A stretch of DNA of 64,000 bases from an uncultured Gemmatimonadales bacterium (GTDB lineage: Bacteria > Gemmatimonadota > Gemmatimonadetes > Longimicrobiales > Longimicrobiaceae), in assembly GCA_963716255.1 (NCBI GenBank), contig OY970303.1, positions 3,360,001-3,424,000 on the forward strand, read 5' to 3'. Below, piece by piece: positions 36,316 through 48,409 of the stretch. Numbering within the stretch: the stretch's first letter is position 1; every line of letters begins with the position of its first letter. The notes under the pieces are model-generated. The model saw nothing but the letters and a program-made list of their open reading frames with translations. It did no database searches and was not told where the DNA came from. Both the position numbers and the translations under genes were made by a program.

Positions 36316-37564
36316 GCACGGGGCTGGCCATCGCGGCGGTGACCGCCGTGCTCAAGGACCTGCTGCAGAACGGCGTCATCGACAACGTCATCACCAACAC
36401 CGTGGGCGAGGTCAAGGTGAGCGCGCTCCCGCCCGACCGCCTCAAGACGGACGGCCAGGAGCCCAGCCAGATCAACCTGTTCCTGTACCAGGTGACGCCC
36501 AACCCGGGGTGGCGCAACGCCGAGCTCCCCTCGCGCGACTCCGCCGGGCGCAGCGTGCGGAACCCGCCGCTCGCGCTGGACCTGCACTACCTGCTCACGG
36601 CCTACGGCGCGGTGGACTTCCACGCCGAGATCCTGCTGGGCTACGCCATGCAGCTGCTGCACGAGACTCCGGTGCTCACGCGGCAGCTCATCCGCAGGTC
36701 GCTTACGCCCTCGCTGGACGTCACCGCGGCCAACCAGAACCTGCCGCCGGCGGTGACCGCGCTCGCCGCGGCGGACCTGGCGGAGCAGGTGGAGCAGGTC
36801 AAGATCACCCCGCACTACCTGAGCACCGAGGAGATGTCCAAGGTGTGGTCCGCGCTGCAGACCCACTACCGGCCCAGCGCGGCGTACCAGGCCTCGGTGG
36901 TGCTGATCGAGGGGCGCAGGCCCGCGCGGGCGCCGCTCCCGGTGGGCGAGCCGCGCGTGCACGTGGTCCCCTTCCGCCGCCCCACCATCGAGACGGTGAC
37001 GCCGCAGCGGGTGACCGCAGGGGGCACGCTGGTGATCGAGGGCCACTCCCTGCGCGCGCCGCTCGCCCGCGTGCGGTTCCGCGGGGGCGAGGCGCAGCCC
37101 GCGGCGCTGGGCGACATGCGGGTGGAGGTGGCGCTCCCCGCCGGGCTCCCCGCCGGGCTGCAGAGCGTGCAGGTGGTGCACGACATGGAGCTGGGCACGC
37201 CCGGCGACCCGCACCGCGGCGCCGAGTCCAACCAGGCGCCCTTCGTCCTGGCGCCGACCGTGGTGCTCCCCGCGGGGCCGGAGCCGCGGCTCACGGCGGC
37301 GCGCGGCGGCATCATCACCCTGACGCTGGACCCGCCGGTGGGCCGCTCCCAGCGCGTGACGCTGCTGGTGGGCGACCGCTCGCTGACGCTCCCCGAGCGA
37401 CTTCCCGTCACCCCCGGCGCCGCGGACGCCACGCTGGACTTTCCCATCCCCGCCGCCTGGCCCGTGGGGACCTTTCTGCTGCGCGTGCGGGTGGACGGCG
37501 CCGACAGCGCGCTGGCGGTGGATCCCGGGACCCGCGAGTTCACGGGTCCGCAGGTGCAGGTCAC

Positions 37565-37568
<4 letters not shown>
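36312..37568 (+). CDS. DUF4255 (Afp16/Pvc16-like tail terminator/cap) with IPT/TIG-like extension
   Basis: AIAAVT..L, INLFLYQV.PN..WRN, PPLALDLHYLLTAY, W.ALQ..YRPS.AY.ASVVLI; Ig-like C-terminus. Confidence 0.9.
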
Positions 37569-39531
<1,963 letters not shown>

Positions 39532-39541
<10 letters not shown>

Positions 39542-39807
39542 GCCCCGCCGCCGTGCGGCTGCGCGTGGACGAGCTGGTGCTGCACGGCTTCGCCCCCGCC
39601 GACCGCCACCGCATCGCCGACGCCATGCGCGACGAGCTGGCGCGGCTCTTCGCCGAGCGGGGCGTGCCGGAGCGGCTGGCGCGCGGCGAGGCGCCGGCGG
39701 AGCTGGACGCGGGCGCGTTCGAGGTACCCGGCGGCGCGCGCCCCGCCGAGGTGGGGCGGCGCCTGGCGGGGGCGCTGTACCGGGGCTTCGCGGATGCCGG
39801 CGCGTGA
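39532..39807 (+). CDS. small conserved eCIS hypothetical protein
   Basis: VRLRVDELVLHGF...IADAM..EL..L...VGRRLAGALY; overlaps both neighbours. Confidence 0.7.
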
Positions 39808-42800
39808 GCGCACCCGCGAGCGCGCGCCCGACCCGGCCCGCGCGAGCGGGGAGGCCGGCCGGGAGCGCGCGGAGCGCCCGGGCGAGCGCGTCCCGGCGGG
39901 GGTGGAGACGCTGCTGCAGCGCTCCCAGGGGCGGGCGATGGAGCCGGAGGTGCGCGCGTGGATGGAGTCGTGCTTCGGGCACGACTTCTCGCGGGTGCGG
40001 GTGCACACCGACCGCGACGCGGCCGACGCCACCCGGGAGCTGGACGCCCACGCCCTGGCCCGCGGCGAGCACGTGTACTTCGCCCGGGGATTGTACCGCC
40101 CGTCCACGCACGAGGGCCGCCGGCTGCTGGCCCACGAGCTGACCCACACGCTCCAGCAGCCCCCGGACTCGCCGCGCCCCGTGGTGCAGCGGCGCGGCGC
40201 CGGCGGCATCGCCACCGGGCTGCTGGAAGCGGAGGCGGAAACGGCGGCGCGGCGGGTGGCGGCGGGGGAGCGGGTGCCGGCGGGATCGGTCAGCGTGGCC
40301 GCGCGGCACCTGCGCCGGCCGCCCTCCACCGACCCCGCGCGCCCGCGGGAGCCGGGCGGTTCCGAGGCGCCGGAAGCCGCGGTCCGCACCCTGGCGGCCG
40401 AGGTGTACCGCATCCTCGCCGCCGACCCGGACGACCGGTCCGGCCAGGCGCGGCGCCGGCTGGAGTCGGCGGCCCCGGCCACGCGCGAGGCGGTTCTGTC
40501 CGCGGTGCGGGCGCGGCTCACCCCCGCCGAGCGCGCCCGCATGGCGACGGCGCTCACCGCGCTGGCGACCGGCGAGGACCCCGCGAAGCAGGCCGCCGCC
40601 GGGGCGGCCCCCGAGATTCCCGCCGCCGCCCCGGAAGAGCGGGCGGCCCCGGCGCCGGAGCCCGCCGACGCGCCGCCGCAGGCGGCCGCCGCCCCGCCCG
40701 TGGCGGCCGTGGCGCCGCCCGCCCCCGCGCCGGCCCCGCTCTCGGGCGGGCTGCTGGCCGCGCTGGGCCGGCTCTTCGGGATCGGGCGGAGGACGGGGCC
40801 GCAGGCGCCCGACGCCACCCCGGACGCCCCGCCCGTGGCCGCGGCGCCCACGCCCGCCCCGGCGGAAGCCGCCGCCCGCGCGGAAGTCGAGCCGGACGCC
40901 GCGGCCGAGGCGGCCGCGGAGCAGGCGCCCCCGGTGGCGGCCGGCGCCGCCGCGGAAGCCGGGGCGGCGCCGGACGCGGAAACGGCCGCGGAGGGCGCGG
41001 AAGGCGCCGGCGCGGCGACCCGCGCGGAGGCGGCCGGCGGCGCTCCGGGCGCGGGCGCGGCCGAAGGCGGCGCGGCGGCGGCGAACACCGGCCCCGCGGA
41101 CCGGGTGGAGGGCTACCTCGCCGAAAAGGACCAGGCGGAGGCCCAGCGCGAGGAGGAGGCGCGGGCCGACGAGGCCCAGGCCGCCGCGCCGCCGTCCGTC
41201 GCCGGCGGCGGGGGCGCGCCCGGGATGGCCGAGGCGCCGCCCTCCCCGGTGGCCGGGGCGGCCGGCGAGGAGGCGCAGCTCGAAGGCGCCGGGCAGGCCG
41301 TCGCCCGCGCCGGCGGCGCGGCGGACCTCCCGGGCGGCGCGGCGCCGCCGGAGCTGGAGCCGGAGCCCGCGGCGGCGGGCGGCGGGCCCGCCCCCGAGCC
41401 GGAAGCCGCGGAAGCGCCCGAAGCCGGGGAGCCCGAGGCCGCGGAGGAGCCGGAAGCCGCCGGGGAGCCGGATGCCGGCGCGGCGCCCGCGGGAGGCGGC
41501 GCGCCGGAGGCGGAGGAAGCGGCCGCGGAAGAGCCCGCCGCCCCCTCCGCGGATGTGGCGGCTCCGGCCGCGGAGGAAGCCGGCGCTCCGGCCGGGGCCG
41601 GCGGCGCCGCGCCCGGGCCCGAGGCCGCCGGGGGCGAAGCGTCCGCGGGGGAGAGCGCGGCGGCGGACCCGGAGATCGCGGCGATGCTGTCCGCCGACTC
41701 GGGCGGCGCCGAGTACTCGGGCGGCGGGGGCGGCGGCGGCTCCGCCATCCCCGATCCCCCGTCCCCCGCGGCCCCCGACCTTTCCGGCGCCGAGCCCGAG
41801 GAGGCCATGGCGCAGGCCGCCGCCCTCCCGCCCGCGCAGATGCAGGAGGCGCTGGGGGGCGTCACCTCCGCCGCCAGCCGCTCCGTCGGCTCGCAGCGCG
41901 ACGAGCTGGCGGCCAGCCCGCCGGAGATGGAAGCGCCCACCGGGGCCCCCAGCGCCGCGGAGATGGCGGCCGAGTCGGCGGCGGACGAGCGCGGCGCATC
42001 CGCCGCCCCGGGCCGGGTGGAGCGGGCCCCCGCGGGGGAGGACGTCCCTGTCCCCGACCCGGACCCGCTCCCGCCGCAGCCCGAGTCCCCCACGGCCCGC
42101 GTGGCCACCCCGGAGGTGGGGCGCGGCCAGGACGGCGAGCTGTCCGAGCAGGACGTGCGGGAGATGCAGTCCTCCATCCGCACGCTCCCCACCAGCGACC
42201 CGGCGCTGCACGCCCAGGTGGGCGCCCCGCCGCGACTGGTGCTGGAAGGGAACGCGGACCCGGCGCGCGCGCAGGAGCAGCGCGCCGAGCTGAACAGCAG
42301 CGTCGCCGCCGCCCACGCGCAGGGCCTGGAGGACGTCGCCCGGCCGGCCGGCGAGAACACCATCTTCCCCGACGTCCCCACGGGGACGCTGACGGCCGCC
42401 GTCCCCTCCGGGGGTGGAGGCGCGGCCCCCTCCGGCGGCGGGGCCGCCGCGGCGGGCGGAGGCGGGGGCGGGGGAGCGGCGGAGACCGATGCCGCGGTCG
42501 CCATCATCGCGCAGGAGGAGCGCGGCGACCAGGTACGCGCCGCCGCCCAGGGAGCGCAGGGCGAGATGTCCGCCGCCCGCGCGGACCACCAGTCGCAGAC
42601 GGAGGAGGCCCACGCCCAGGCGCAGGCCGACATCGACGCCGCGGTCCAGGAGAACGCCGGCGAGCAGCGGGGGGTGCGCGGCGAGGCGCGGACCCGGGTC
42701 CGCGACCAGCGCCGCCAGTGGGGCGAGGCCCAGCAGGAGGCGGTGGACGACGCCCACTCCCAGGCCGACACGGCCGGGACCGAGGGCGCGCGGACCATCG

Positions 42801-45379
42801 GCGAGGCGGCCCGGCGGGGGCGGCGCGAGGCCGCCGAGCAGGTGACCGAGGGGAACCGCCGCGTCGCCACCGCGCGCCAGGAGGCCGAGGGCACGGCCCG
42901 GCGGGAGCGGCGCCGCGGCGAGCAGGAGGGCTCCGGCTTCTTCGGGTGGCTGGCCAGCCGGGCGAAGCGCTTCTTCAACTCCATCAAGGAGGGGATCCAG
43001 CGCGCCTTCGCGGCCGCGCGGCAGGCGGTGGCCCGGGCCATCGAGAACGCGCAGCGCTGGGCCGCCGAAAAGATCGAGCAGGCGCGCCAGGCCATCGTCG
43101 ACGGGATCCGCTGGGTGGGCGACCGCATGATCGCCATCGGCGACGTGCTCCTGGCGGGCTTCCCCACGCTGCGCGACCGCTTCCGCGGCGCCATCGAGGA
43201 CGGCGTGCAGTGGGCAGAGGAGCGCGTCAACGAGCTCGCCGCGGACCTCCAGGCGGGGGTCAAGGCCTTCCTGGATGGGCTGGGCGCGGCGCTCAACGGG
43301 CTCCTCAACCTCCTGGAGGCGGGGCTCCTGGCCGCGGTGGACGCCGTGTCGGCGGCGGTGCAGGGCGCGATCCAGTTCGCGCGCAGCGTGGCCGACGGGC
43401 TCGCCCAGTTCGCGGCGCTCATCCGCGACGTGGCGGCCGGGCCCGGGCAGTGGATCAGCAACCTGGGCGCGGCGGTGGTGGACGGGATCCGCAACCACCT
43501 GTGGAAGGCGCTCAAACTGGCGGTGAAGGAGTGGTTCAACTCCAAGCTGGAAGAGGTGCTGGGGCTGGGGACCGCCCTGTGGAACCTGCTGCGGCGCGGC
43601 GGGATCGACCTGGCAGCGGTGGGGAAGATGGTGTGGGCGGGGCTCAAGCAGGCCATCCCCGCCGCGCTGGTCGCCATCCTGGTGGAAAAGCTGGTGGCGA
43701 TGATCGTCCCCGCGGCGGGGGCGGTGATGGCGATCATCGAGGGGGTGCGCGCCGCCTGGGGGACGGTGAGCCGCATCATCGCCGCCTTTTCCGCGTTCTT
43801 CGCCTTCCTGCGGGCGGTCCGCGGCGGCAACGCGGGGCCGCAGTTCGCCACGGCGGTGGCGGCGGGCGCGGTGGCGGTGATCGACTTCGTCGCCAACTGG
43901 CTGCTGATGCGGCTGCGGCGGCCGGCCGGGGCGATCGCGGGGCGCATCCGGGCCATCGCCCAGCGGATCATGCAGCGCATCGGGCGGGTGCTGCGCCGGG
44001 TGGGGCGCTCGCTGCGGCGCGCGGGGCGGCGGATCGGGCGGGCGCTGCGCAGGGCCGGGCGGGCGGTGCGGCGCGGGCTGCGGCGCGTGGGGCGGAGGGT
44101 GCGCCGGATGTTCGGGGGGCGGCGCCGGGGCCGGGGGCGGAACGCCGCGCAGCGCCGGCAGCAGCGCGACCAGCGGAGGCGCGACCGCGAGCGGAGGCGG
44201 CGCGAGGAGAAGCAGCGGCGGCTGGAGCGCGCGGTGGAGGCCATCCGCCCGCAGGCGCAGCGGCTGCTGGCGCGGGGCACCAGCCGCCTGTACCTGGGCG
44301 CCCGGCTCCTCTTCTGGCGGCTGCGCTACCGCCTGTCGTCGCTCACGATCTCGGGGAGCGGGACCATCGTGGCGCGGCTGAACCCCTCGCTCACGCTGCA
44401 GAATCCCAAGGGGAAGCGCGTGTCGGACGCCGAGCTGGGCGCGCTCCTCCTCCCCGTCTTCGCGGCCGCCGAGCAGGCGTACGTCCAGGGCCTGCTGGCC
44501 GACCCGGCGCGGGCGCAGAACTACGCGGCGGCGGATCAGGCGTACCAGGCCGGGACGCCCCGGTCGCTGGAAGGGGTGTCGCGCCTGGAGGCGAGCGCCA
44601 TCGTCCGCGGCCGCAACGCGCCGCCCAGCAGCCGGCAGCGCCTGGAGCAGGACGTGGACCTTTCCATCAACCCGCGGGGGCGGCCGGGGAAGGTGGAGAA
44701 CATCGGCGCCTACGACGAGTCCACGAACAAGGCCGGGCGCCTGCTGCCCGCCATGGTGGCCGACCTGACGCAGAAGGCGCGCGCGCAGGGGCTGGACCCG
44801 CGGCGCATCGCCGAGGTGCTGGCCACGCCGGCACACCAGATGAACGACGCGCTGGACGCGGTGCGCGACATCTCGCGCACCCCGCGCACCCAGGCGGACC
44901 GGAACGCGCGCGAGACCTTCCTGCGCCAGCTGCGGCGGACCGCCGTGCTCACGCAGGTGATCGAGCCGTCGCGGCGGCCGGGGATCGGGACCACGGTGGC
45001 GGCGTCCTCCAGCATGGCCGCGATGGGGCGCGTGCCTCTGGAGGAGGTGCACGGGCCCCGCGGGCGGATGGCGGCCATGACCCCGGTGGGGGCGGCCCCC
45101 GAGAGCGGCGTGGCGGTCACGCGCGAGCAGCGGCAGGCCGGCCGGCTCACGCTGCGGCGGGTGGGCCAGGTGTTCCGCCACCTGGTGCAGGCGGCGCGGC
45201 GGGGCGAGCTCATCGTCATCGAGGGCGGCTACGACCTGAGCCGCCTGGGGAACGCGGTGGAGGTGTGGCTGGAGCAGCGCAAGCGGCGCTATCCCAACCC
45301 CGACGACCTGATCGCCGCCGAGCAGCTGCTGCGCGCCGAAGTGATGCGGCTGCTGAACACCTACCACGGGACGGGATGA
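39794..45379 (+). CDS. giant DUF4157 (eCIS core) protein, candidate effector, 1861 aa
   Basis: N-terminal ME..FGHDFSRVRVHTD...LLAHELTHTLQQ (HExxH); acidic Ala/Glu/Pro linker; long helical region; Arg-rich tract; unique C-terminus. Confidence 0.88.
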   Translation: MPARERTRERAPDPARASGEAGRERAERPGERVPAGVETLLQRSQGRAMEPEVRAWMESCFGHDFSRVRVHTDRDAADATRELDAHALARGEHVYFARGLYRPSTHEGRRLLAHELTHTLQQPPDSPRPVVQRRGAGGIATGLLEAEAETAARRVAAGERVPAGSVSVAARHLRRPPSTDPARPREPGGSEAPEAAVRTLAAEVYRILAADPDDRSGQARRRLESAAPATREAVLSAVRARLTPAERARMATALTALATGEDPAKQAAAGAAPEIPAAAPEERAAPAPEPADAPPQAAAAPPVAAVAPPAPAPAPLSGGLLAALGRLFGIGRRTGPQAPDATPDAPPVAAAPTPAPAEAAARAEVEPDAAAEAAAEQAPPVAAGAAAEAGAAPDAETAAEGAEGAGAATRAEAAGGAPGAGAAEGGAAAANTGPADRVEGYLAEKDQAEAQREEEARADEAQAAAPPSVAGGGGAPGMAEAPPSPVAGAAGEEAQLEGAGQAVARAGGAADLPGGAAPPELEPEPAAAGGGPAPEPEAAEAPEAGEPEAAEEPEAAGEPDAGAAPAGGGAPEAEEAAAEEPAAPSADVAAPAAEEAGAPAGAGGAAPGPEAAGGEASAGESAAADPEIAAMLSADSGGAEYSGGGGGGGSAIPDPPSPAAPDLSGAEPEEAMAQAAALPPAQMQEALGGVTSAASRSVGSQRDELAASPPEMEAPTGAPSAAEMAAESAADERGASAAPGRVERAPAGEDVPVPDPDPLPPQPESPTARVATPEVGRGQDGELSEQDVREMQSSIRTLPTSDPALHAQVGAPPRLVLEGNADPARAQEQRAELNSSVAAAHAQGLEDVARPAGENTIFPDVPTGTLTAAVPSGGGGAAPSGGGAAAAGGGGGGGAAETDAAVAIIAQEERGDQVRAAAQGAQGEMSAARADHQSQTEEAHAQAQADIDAAVQENAGEQRGVRGEARTRVRDQRRQWGEAQQEAVDDAHSQADTAGTEGARTIGEAARRGRREAAEQVTEGNRRVATARQEAEGTARRERRRGEQEGSGFFGWLASRAKRFFNSIKEGIQRAFAAARQAVARAIENAQRWAAEKIEQARQAIVDGIRWVGDRMIAIGDVLLAGFPTLRDRFRGAIEDGVQWAEERVNELAADLQAGVKAFLDGLGAALNGLLNLLEAGLLAAVDAVSAAVQGAIQFARSVADGLAQFAALIRDVAAGPGQWISNLGAAVVDGIRNHLWKALKLAVKEWFNSKLEEVLGLGTALWNLLRRGGIDLAAVGKMVWAGLKQAIPAALVAILVEKLVAMIVPAAGAVMAIIEGVRAAWGTVSRIIAAFSAFFAFLRAVRGGNAGPQFATAVAAGAVAVIDFVANWLLMRLRRPAGAIAGRIRAIAQRIMQRIGRVLRRVGRSLRRAGRRIGRALRRAGRAVRRGLRRVGRRVRRMFGGRRRGRGRNAAQRRQQRDQRRRDRERRRREEKQRRLERAVEAIRPQAQRLLARGTSRLYLGARLLFWRLRYRLSSLTISGSGTIVARLNPSLTLQNPKGKRVSDAELGALLLPVFAAAEQAYVQGLLADPARAQNYAAADQAYQAGTPRSLEGVSRLEASAIVRGRNAPPSSRQRLEQDVDLSINPRGRPGKVENIGAYDESTNKAGRLLPAMVADLTQKARAQGLDPRRIAEVLATPAHQMNDALDAVRDISRTPRTQADRNARETFLRQLRRTAVLTQVIEPSRRPGIGTTVAASSSMAAMGRVPLEEVHGPRGRMAAMTPVGAAPESGVAVTREQRQAGRLTLRRVGQVFRHLVQAARRGELIVIEGGYDLSRLGNAVEVWLEQRKRRYPNPDDLIAAEQLLRAEVMRLLNTYHGTG

Positions 45380-45987
45380 TGAGCCGGAGCTACCTGGTGC
45401 TGCGCAGCCACCCCGACGACACGGCCGTGTTCGACGGCATCTACGACGCCTTCGACCGGCTGAGCGTGGACCACGGGCTCGCGTTCGAGCTCGATTCCAC
45501 GGAGGAGGTCGCCGACGACCTTGTGCGGCACCTGTACCGCGAAAGCTCGGAGCGGGCGTCGATCAGCCTGGTGAACGACTGGCGCGCGGGGGCGCAGTAC
45601 CTCATGGCCGAGTCGTCAACCCCCGGCACCGCCGAGCAGGTGGCCGGCACGCTGCGGCAGGTGCTGGGCGGATGGACCCCCGAGGAATTGCAGGCCCAGG
45701 CCGAGGAGCGGCTGGAGGACGAGCCCGAGTCGATGCTCCGCCTGGCGCTGGGCTCCGGCGAGCACGCCGACCCCCGCGCGGTGGAGATCCTGGCGCGCGG
45801 CGCCCGGAGCGACGACCCGTACGTCCGCTTCCGCGCGGCCGAGGCCGCGGCGATCGCCGGCTGGCCCGAGCTGGCCGGGGTGTTCCGCCCCCTGCGCGAC
45901 GGCGACGAGAGCCCCGAGGTGCGCGGCATTGCGGGGGATGCCGTGAGCGCCGCCGAGCGCACCGGCCCCTTCGGGCCCCGCGGCTGA
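45376..45987 (+). CDS. acidic HEAT-repeat-like protein, candidate immunity protein
   Basis: ATGA overlap with the giant gene; DDPYVRFRAAEA and DESPEVRGIA HEAT-like units. Confidence 0.7.
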   Translation: MMSRSYLVLRSHPDDTAVFDGIYDAFDRLSVDHGLAFELDSTEEVADDLVRHLYRESSERASISLVNDWRAGAQYLMAESSTPGTAEQVAGTLRQVLGGWTPEELQAQAEERLEDEPESMLRLALGSGEHADPRAVEILARGARSDDPYVRFRAAEAAAIAGWPELAGVFRPLRDGDESPEVRGIAGDAVSAAERTGPFGPRG

Positions 45988-46006
45988 GCGGCCCCGAGGT
46001 GACGCG

Positions 46007-47404
46007 ATGAGCGACCCGCGCAGGAAGACCGGCGCCCGGCTGGACCCGGAGGACGAGGCGCGCATGCGTCGGGTCGCCAGGCCGCCCGCGTCCGTCCGCG
46101 CCGTGCGCGCGGACGCCGGGCAGCCGCTGGAGCCCGCCGTCCGCGCGCAGATGGAAGCGGCGCTGGGGCACGACTTTTCGCGGGTGCGCGTGCACGACGG
46201 GGGCGAGGCGGCGGACTCGGCGCGGTCCGTGGGGGCGGCGGCGTACACCCGGGGGAGCCGCGTGGTCTTCGGCGCGGGGCGGTTCCAGCCCGGCACCGCC
46301 TCCGGCCGGCGCCTGATCGCGCACGAGCTGGCGCACGTGGTCCAGCAGGCCGGGAGCGGGGGATCGGCGGCCGGCGGGTCCGGGACGGGCCCCGCCGCCG
46401 CCCGGGGGCTGGAGCGCGAGGCCCGGGACGCCGCCGCGCACGCGGCGTCCAGCCCCGCAGGGGCGGCGCCGGGCCGCGTCCCGGCGCTCAGCGCGGGCGC
46501 CGTGCGCGAGCCCGCCCTGCAGCGCGAGCCCGCGGGCCCCATGCCGGACACCACGCTGCGCTACTCCCCGGGCATGGCGCACGGGATGGGCTCCACCGTG
46601 CTGGACGGCTTCGCCACGGGGAGCCCGCGGCTCACCCCCGCGCACCGGGGGCGGCTCGCGGAGCTGGCCCGCACCCTGGTGGAGCTGGTCCGCCAGTACC
46701 CGCAGGCGGTCGTGACCATCACCGGCCACGCGGACGCCCCCGGCGACGACGTGCCCAACGAGGCGCTGGGCACGCAGCGCGCCGAAGCGGTCCGCGACGC
46801 CCTGACGGCCGCGGGGGTTCCCGCCGCCAGCCTGGCGGTGCGCAGCGAAGGCGAGGCGAGCCCGGCCGTGCCCGGCGGGGGCGACGAGCCCGGCAACCGG
46901 CGCGTGGAGATCGACTTCCGCCCGGAGTCGGGGGTGCGCCTGGCGCCCGAGCTGTCGCTGTCCCCCCCCGCGCCCGTGGGCGGGGCGGACGCGCCGACGC
47001 GGCCGCCGGTGGACATCGACCGCATCCTCCATCCGCGCCTGGAGGACCTGGTGCCCCCCGGGCCGCTGGGCCCGCGGCGCGAGACGGGCGAGGAGGCGGG
47101 GCGCCGCATCTTCCGTCCCGTGCCGGAGGCGCCGCCCCGGCCCACGGTGGGCGAGATGGTGTGGGGCGTCCTCGACCGGGAGATCCTGAACCCGCTGGAC
47201 AGGGCCCTGGCGCCCGTGCTGTCGTGGATCCCGGAGGCGATCCGCCCCTCCATACGCGACGCGGCCCGCTCCCTGGCCGAGCGCGGAGAGACGGCGGCGC
47301 TGGAAGCGGCGCTGGACGCCGCCAACATCCACGGCGAAGAGCGAGAAGCCATCATGACCGGGGTCCGCGCCGCCATCCGGCAGGCCGGCCAGGCGCGTCC
47401 CTGA
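46007..47404 (+). CDS. DUF4157 + OmpA-like domain protein
   Basis: GHDFSRVRVH...LIAHELAHVVQQ; F.TGS..L, ITGHAD..G....N..LG.QRAEAV, GE..P, NRRVEI. Confidence 0.88.
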   Translation: MSDPRRKTGARLDPEDEARMRRVARPPASVRAVRADAGQPLEPAVRAQMEAALGHDFSRVRVHDGGEAADSARSVGAAAYTRGSRVVFGAGRFQPGTASGRRLIAHELAHVVQQAGSGGSAAGGSGTGPAAARGLEREARDAAAHAASSPAGAAPGRVPALSAGAVREPALQREPAGPMPDTTLRYSPGMAHGMGSTVLDGFATGSPRLTPAHRGRLAELARTLVELVRQYPQAVVTITGHADAPGDDVPNEALGTQRAEAVRDALTAAGVPAASLAVRSEGEASPAVPGGGDEPGNRRVEIDFRPESGVRLAPELSLSPPAPVGGADAPTRPPVDIDRILHPRLEDLVPPGPLGPRRETGEEAGRRIFRPVPEAPPRPTVGEMVWGVLDREILNPLDRALAPVLSWIPEAIRPSIRDAARSLAERGETAALEAALDAANIHGEEREAIMTGVRAAIRQAGQARP

Positions 47405-47440
47405 CGCCATCACCCACGAACCGGCGCGAGAAACAGACCC

Positions 47441-48094
47441 ATGGCGCTTTCCAGCACTCCCAGGCTCGCCCGCGGGGCCATCGTGGGGATCGACCCGTTC
47501 AACCCGCTCGCCAGCGTGGTGCTCTTCCAGTACAACCCCGACTCGCTCCAGCGCACCCTGGAGGCGCAGACCGGCGGCGGCGAGGGCGACCGCTCCGAGG
47601 CGCTCCGGCTCAAGGGCGCGCCGGTGGAAACCATCAAGCTGGACGTGGAGCTGGACGCCACCGACGCGCTGGAGCGCGGCGACCCGCTGGCCGGCTCCGT
47701 GGGCATCTACCCGCAGCTTTCCGCGCTGGAGATGCTGCTGTACCCCAAGAGCGCGCTGGTCATCGCCAACACCGTGCTGCTGGCGGCCGGGACCATCGAG
47801 ATCCTGCCGCCCGAGGCGCCGCTCACCCTGTTCATCTGGGGTCCGCAGCGCATCGTCCCCGTGCGCATCACCGAGTTCGCCATCACCGAGGAGGCGCACG
47901 ACGCCGCCCTCAACCCCATCCGCGCCAAGGTGTCGCTGGGGATGCGCGTGCTCAGCTACAACGACCTGCCGCTCACCCACCCGGGGTACGGGATCTTCCT
48001 GGCGCACCAGGTCGTCAAGGAAACCATGGCCACCATCGGGAGCGCCGCGAACCTCGCGGCCGCGGCCACCGGCGGCGTGGGCCTCCCCATCTGA
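47441..48094 (+). CDS. eCIS tube-initiator/baseplate protein (Afp7 N-part/gp48-like)
   Basis: FQYNPDSL.R.L, PL.LF.WG..R.VPV.IT...I.EE..D..LNPIRA.V.L; precedes the LysM gene. Confidence 0.75.
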   Translation: MALSSTPRLARGAIVGIDPFNPLASVVLFQYNPDSLQRTLEAQTGGGEGDRSEALRLKGAPVETIKLDVELDATDALERGDPLAGSVGIYPQLSALEMLLYPKSALVIANTVLLAAGTIEILPPEAPLTLFIWGPQRIVPVRITEFAITEEAHDAALNPIRAKVSLGMRVLSYNDLPLTHPGYGIFLAHQVVKETMATIGSAANLAAAATGGVGLPI

Positions 48095-48111
48095 ACCCGG
48101 GACGCAGACAC

Positions 48112-48402
48112 ATGTTCGATCCCAACAGCCGCTACGCCGGCCTCCCCCTGGCCCGCCACACCCTCCCCGACGGGAGCGAGGTGTCGTACGTGGCCCGCCG
48201 CTTCATCCCGCCGGGCAACTCGCTCCCCCTGCTCGCCCAGGTGAGCGTGGTGGAGGGCGACCGCCTGGACATGATCGCCGCGCGCACCCTGGGCGACCCC
48301 GAGCAGTTCTGGCGCATCGCCGACGCCAACCAGGCCATGGACCCGTTCGAGCTGACGTCCGTTCCCGGGCGCCTGCTCCGCGTCCCGCTCCCGCAGCCCT
48401 GA
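48112..48402 (+). CDS. LysM-like baseplate protein (gp53/GpX-like)
   Basis: SRY...V.EGDRLD.IA...LGDPEQFWRIADAN...PG..L.VP. Confidence 0.85.
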   Translation: MFDPNSRYAGLPLARHTLPDGSEVSYVARRFIPPGNSLPLLAQVSVVEGDRLDMIAARTLGDPEQFWRIADANQAMDPFELTSVPGRLLRVPLPQP

Positions 48403-48409
48403 GGCACCC

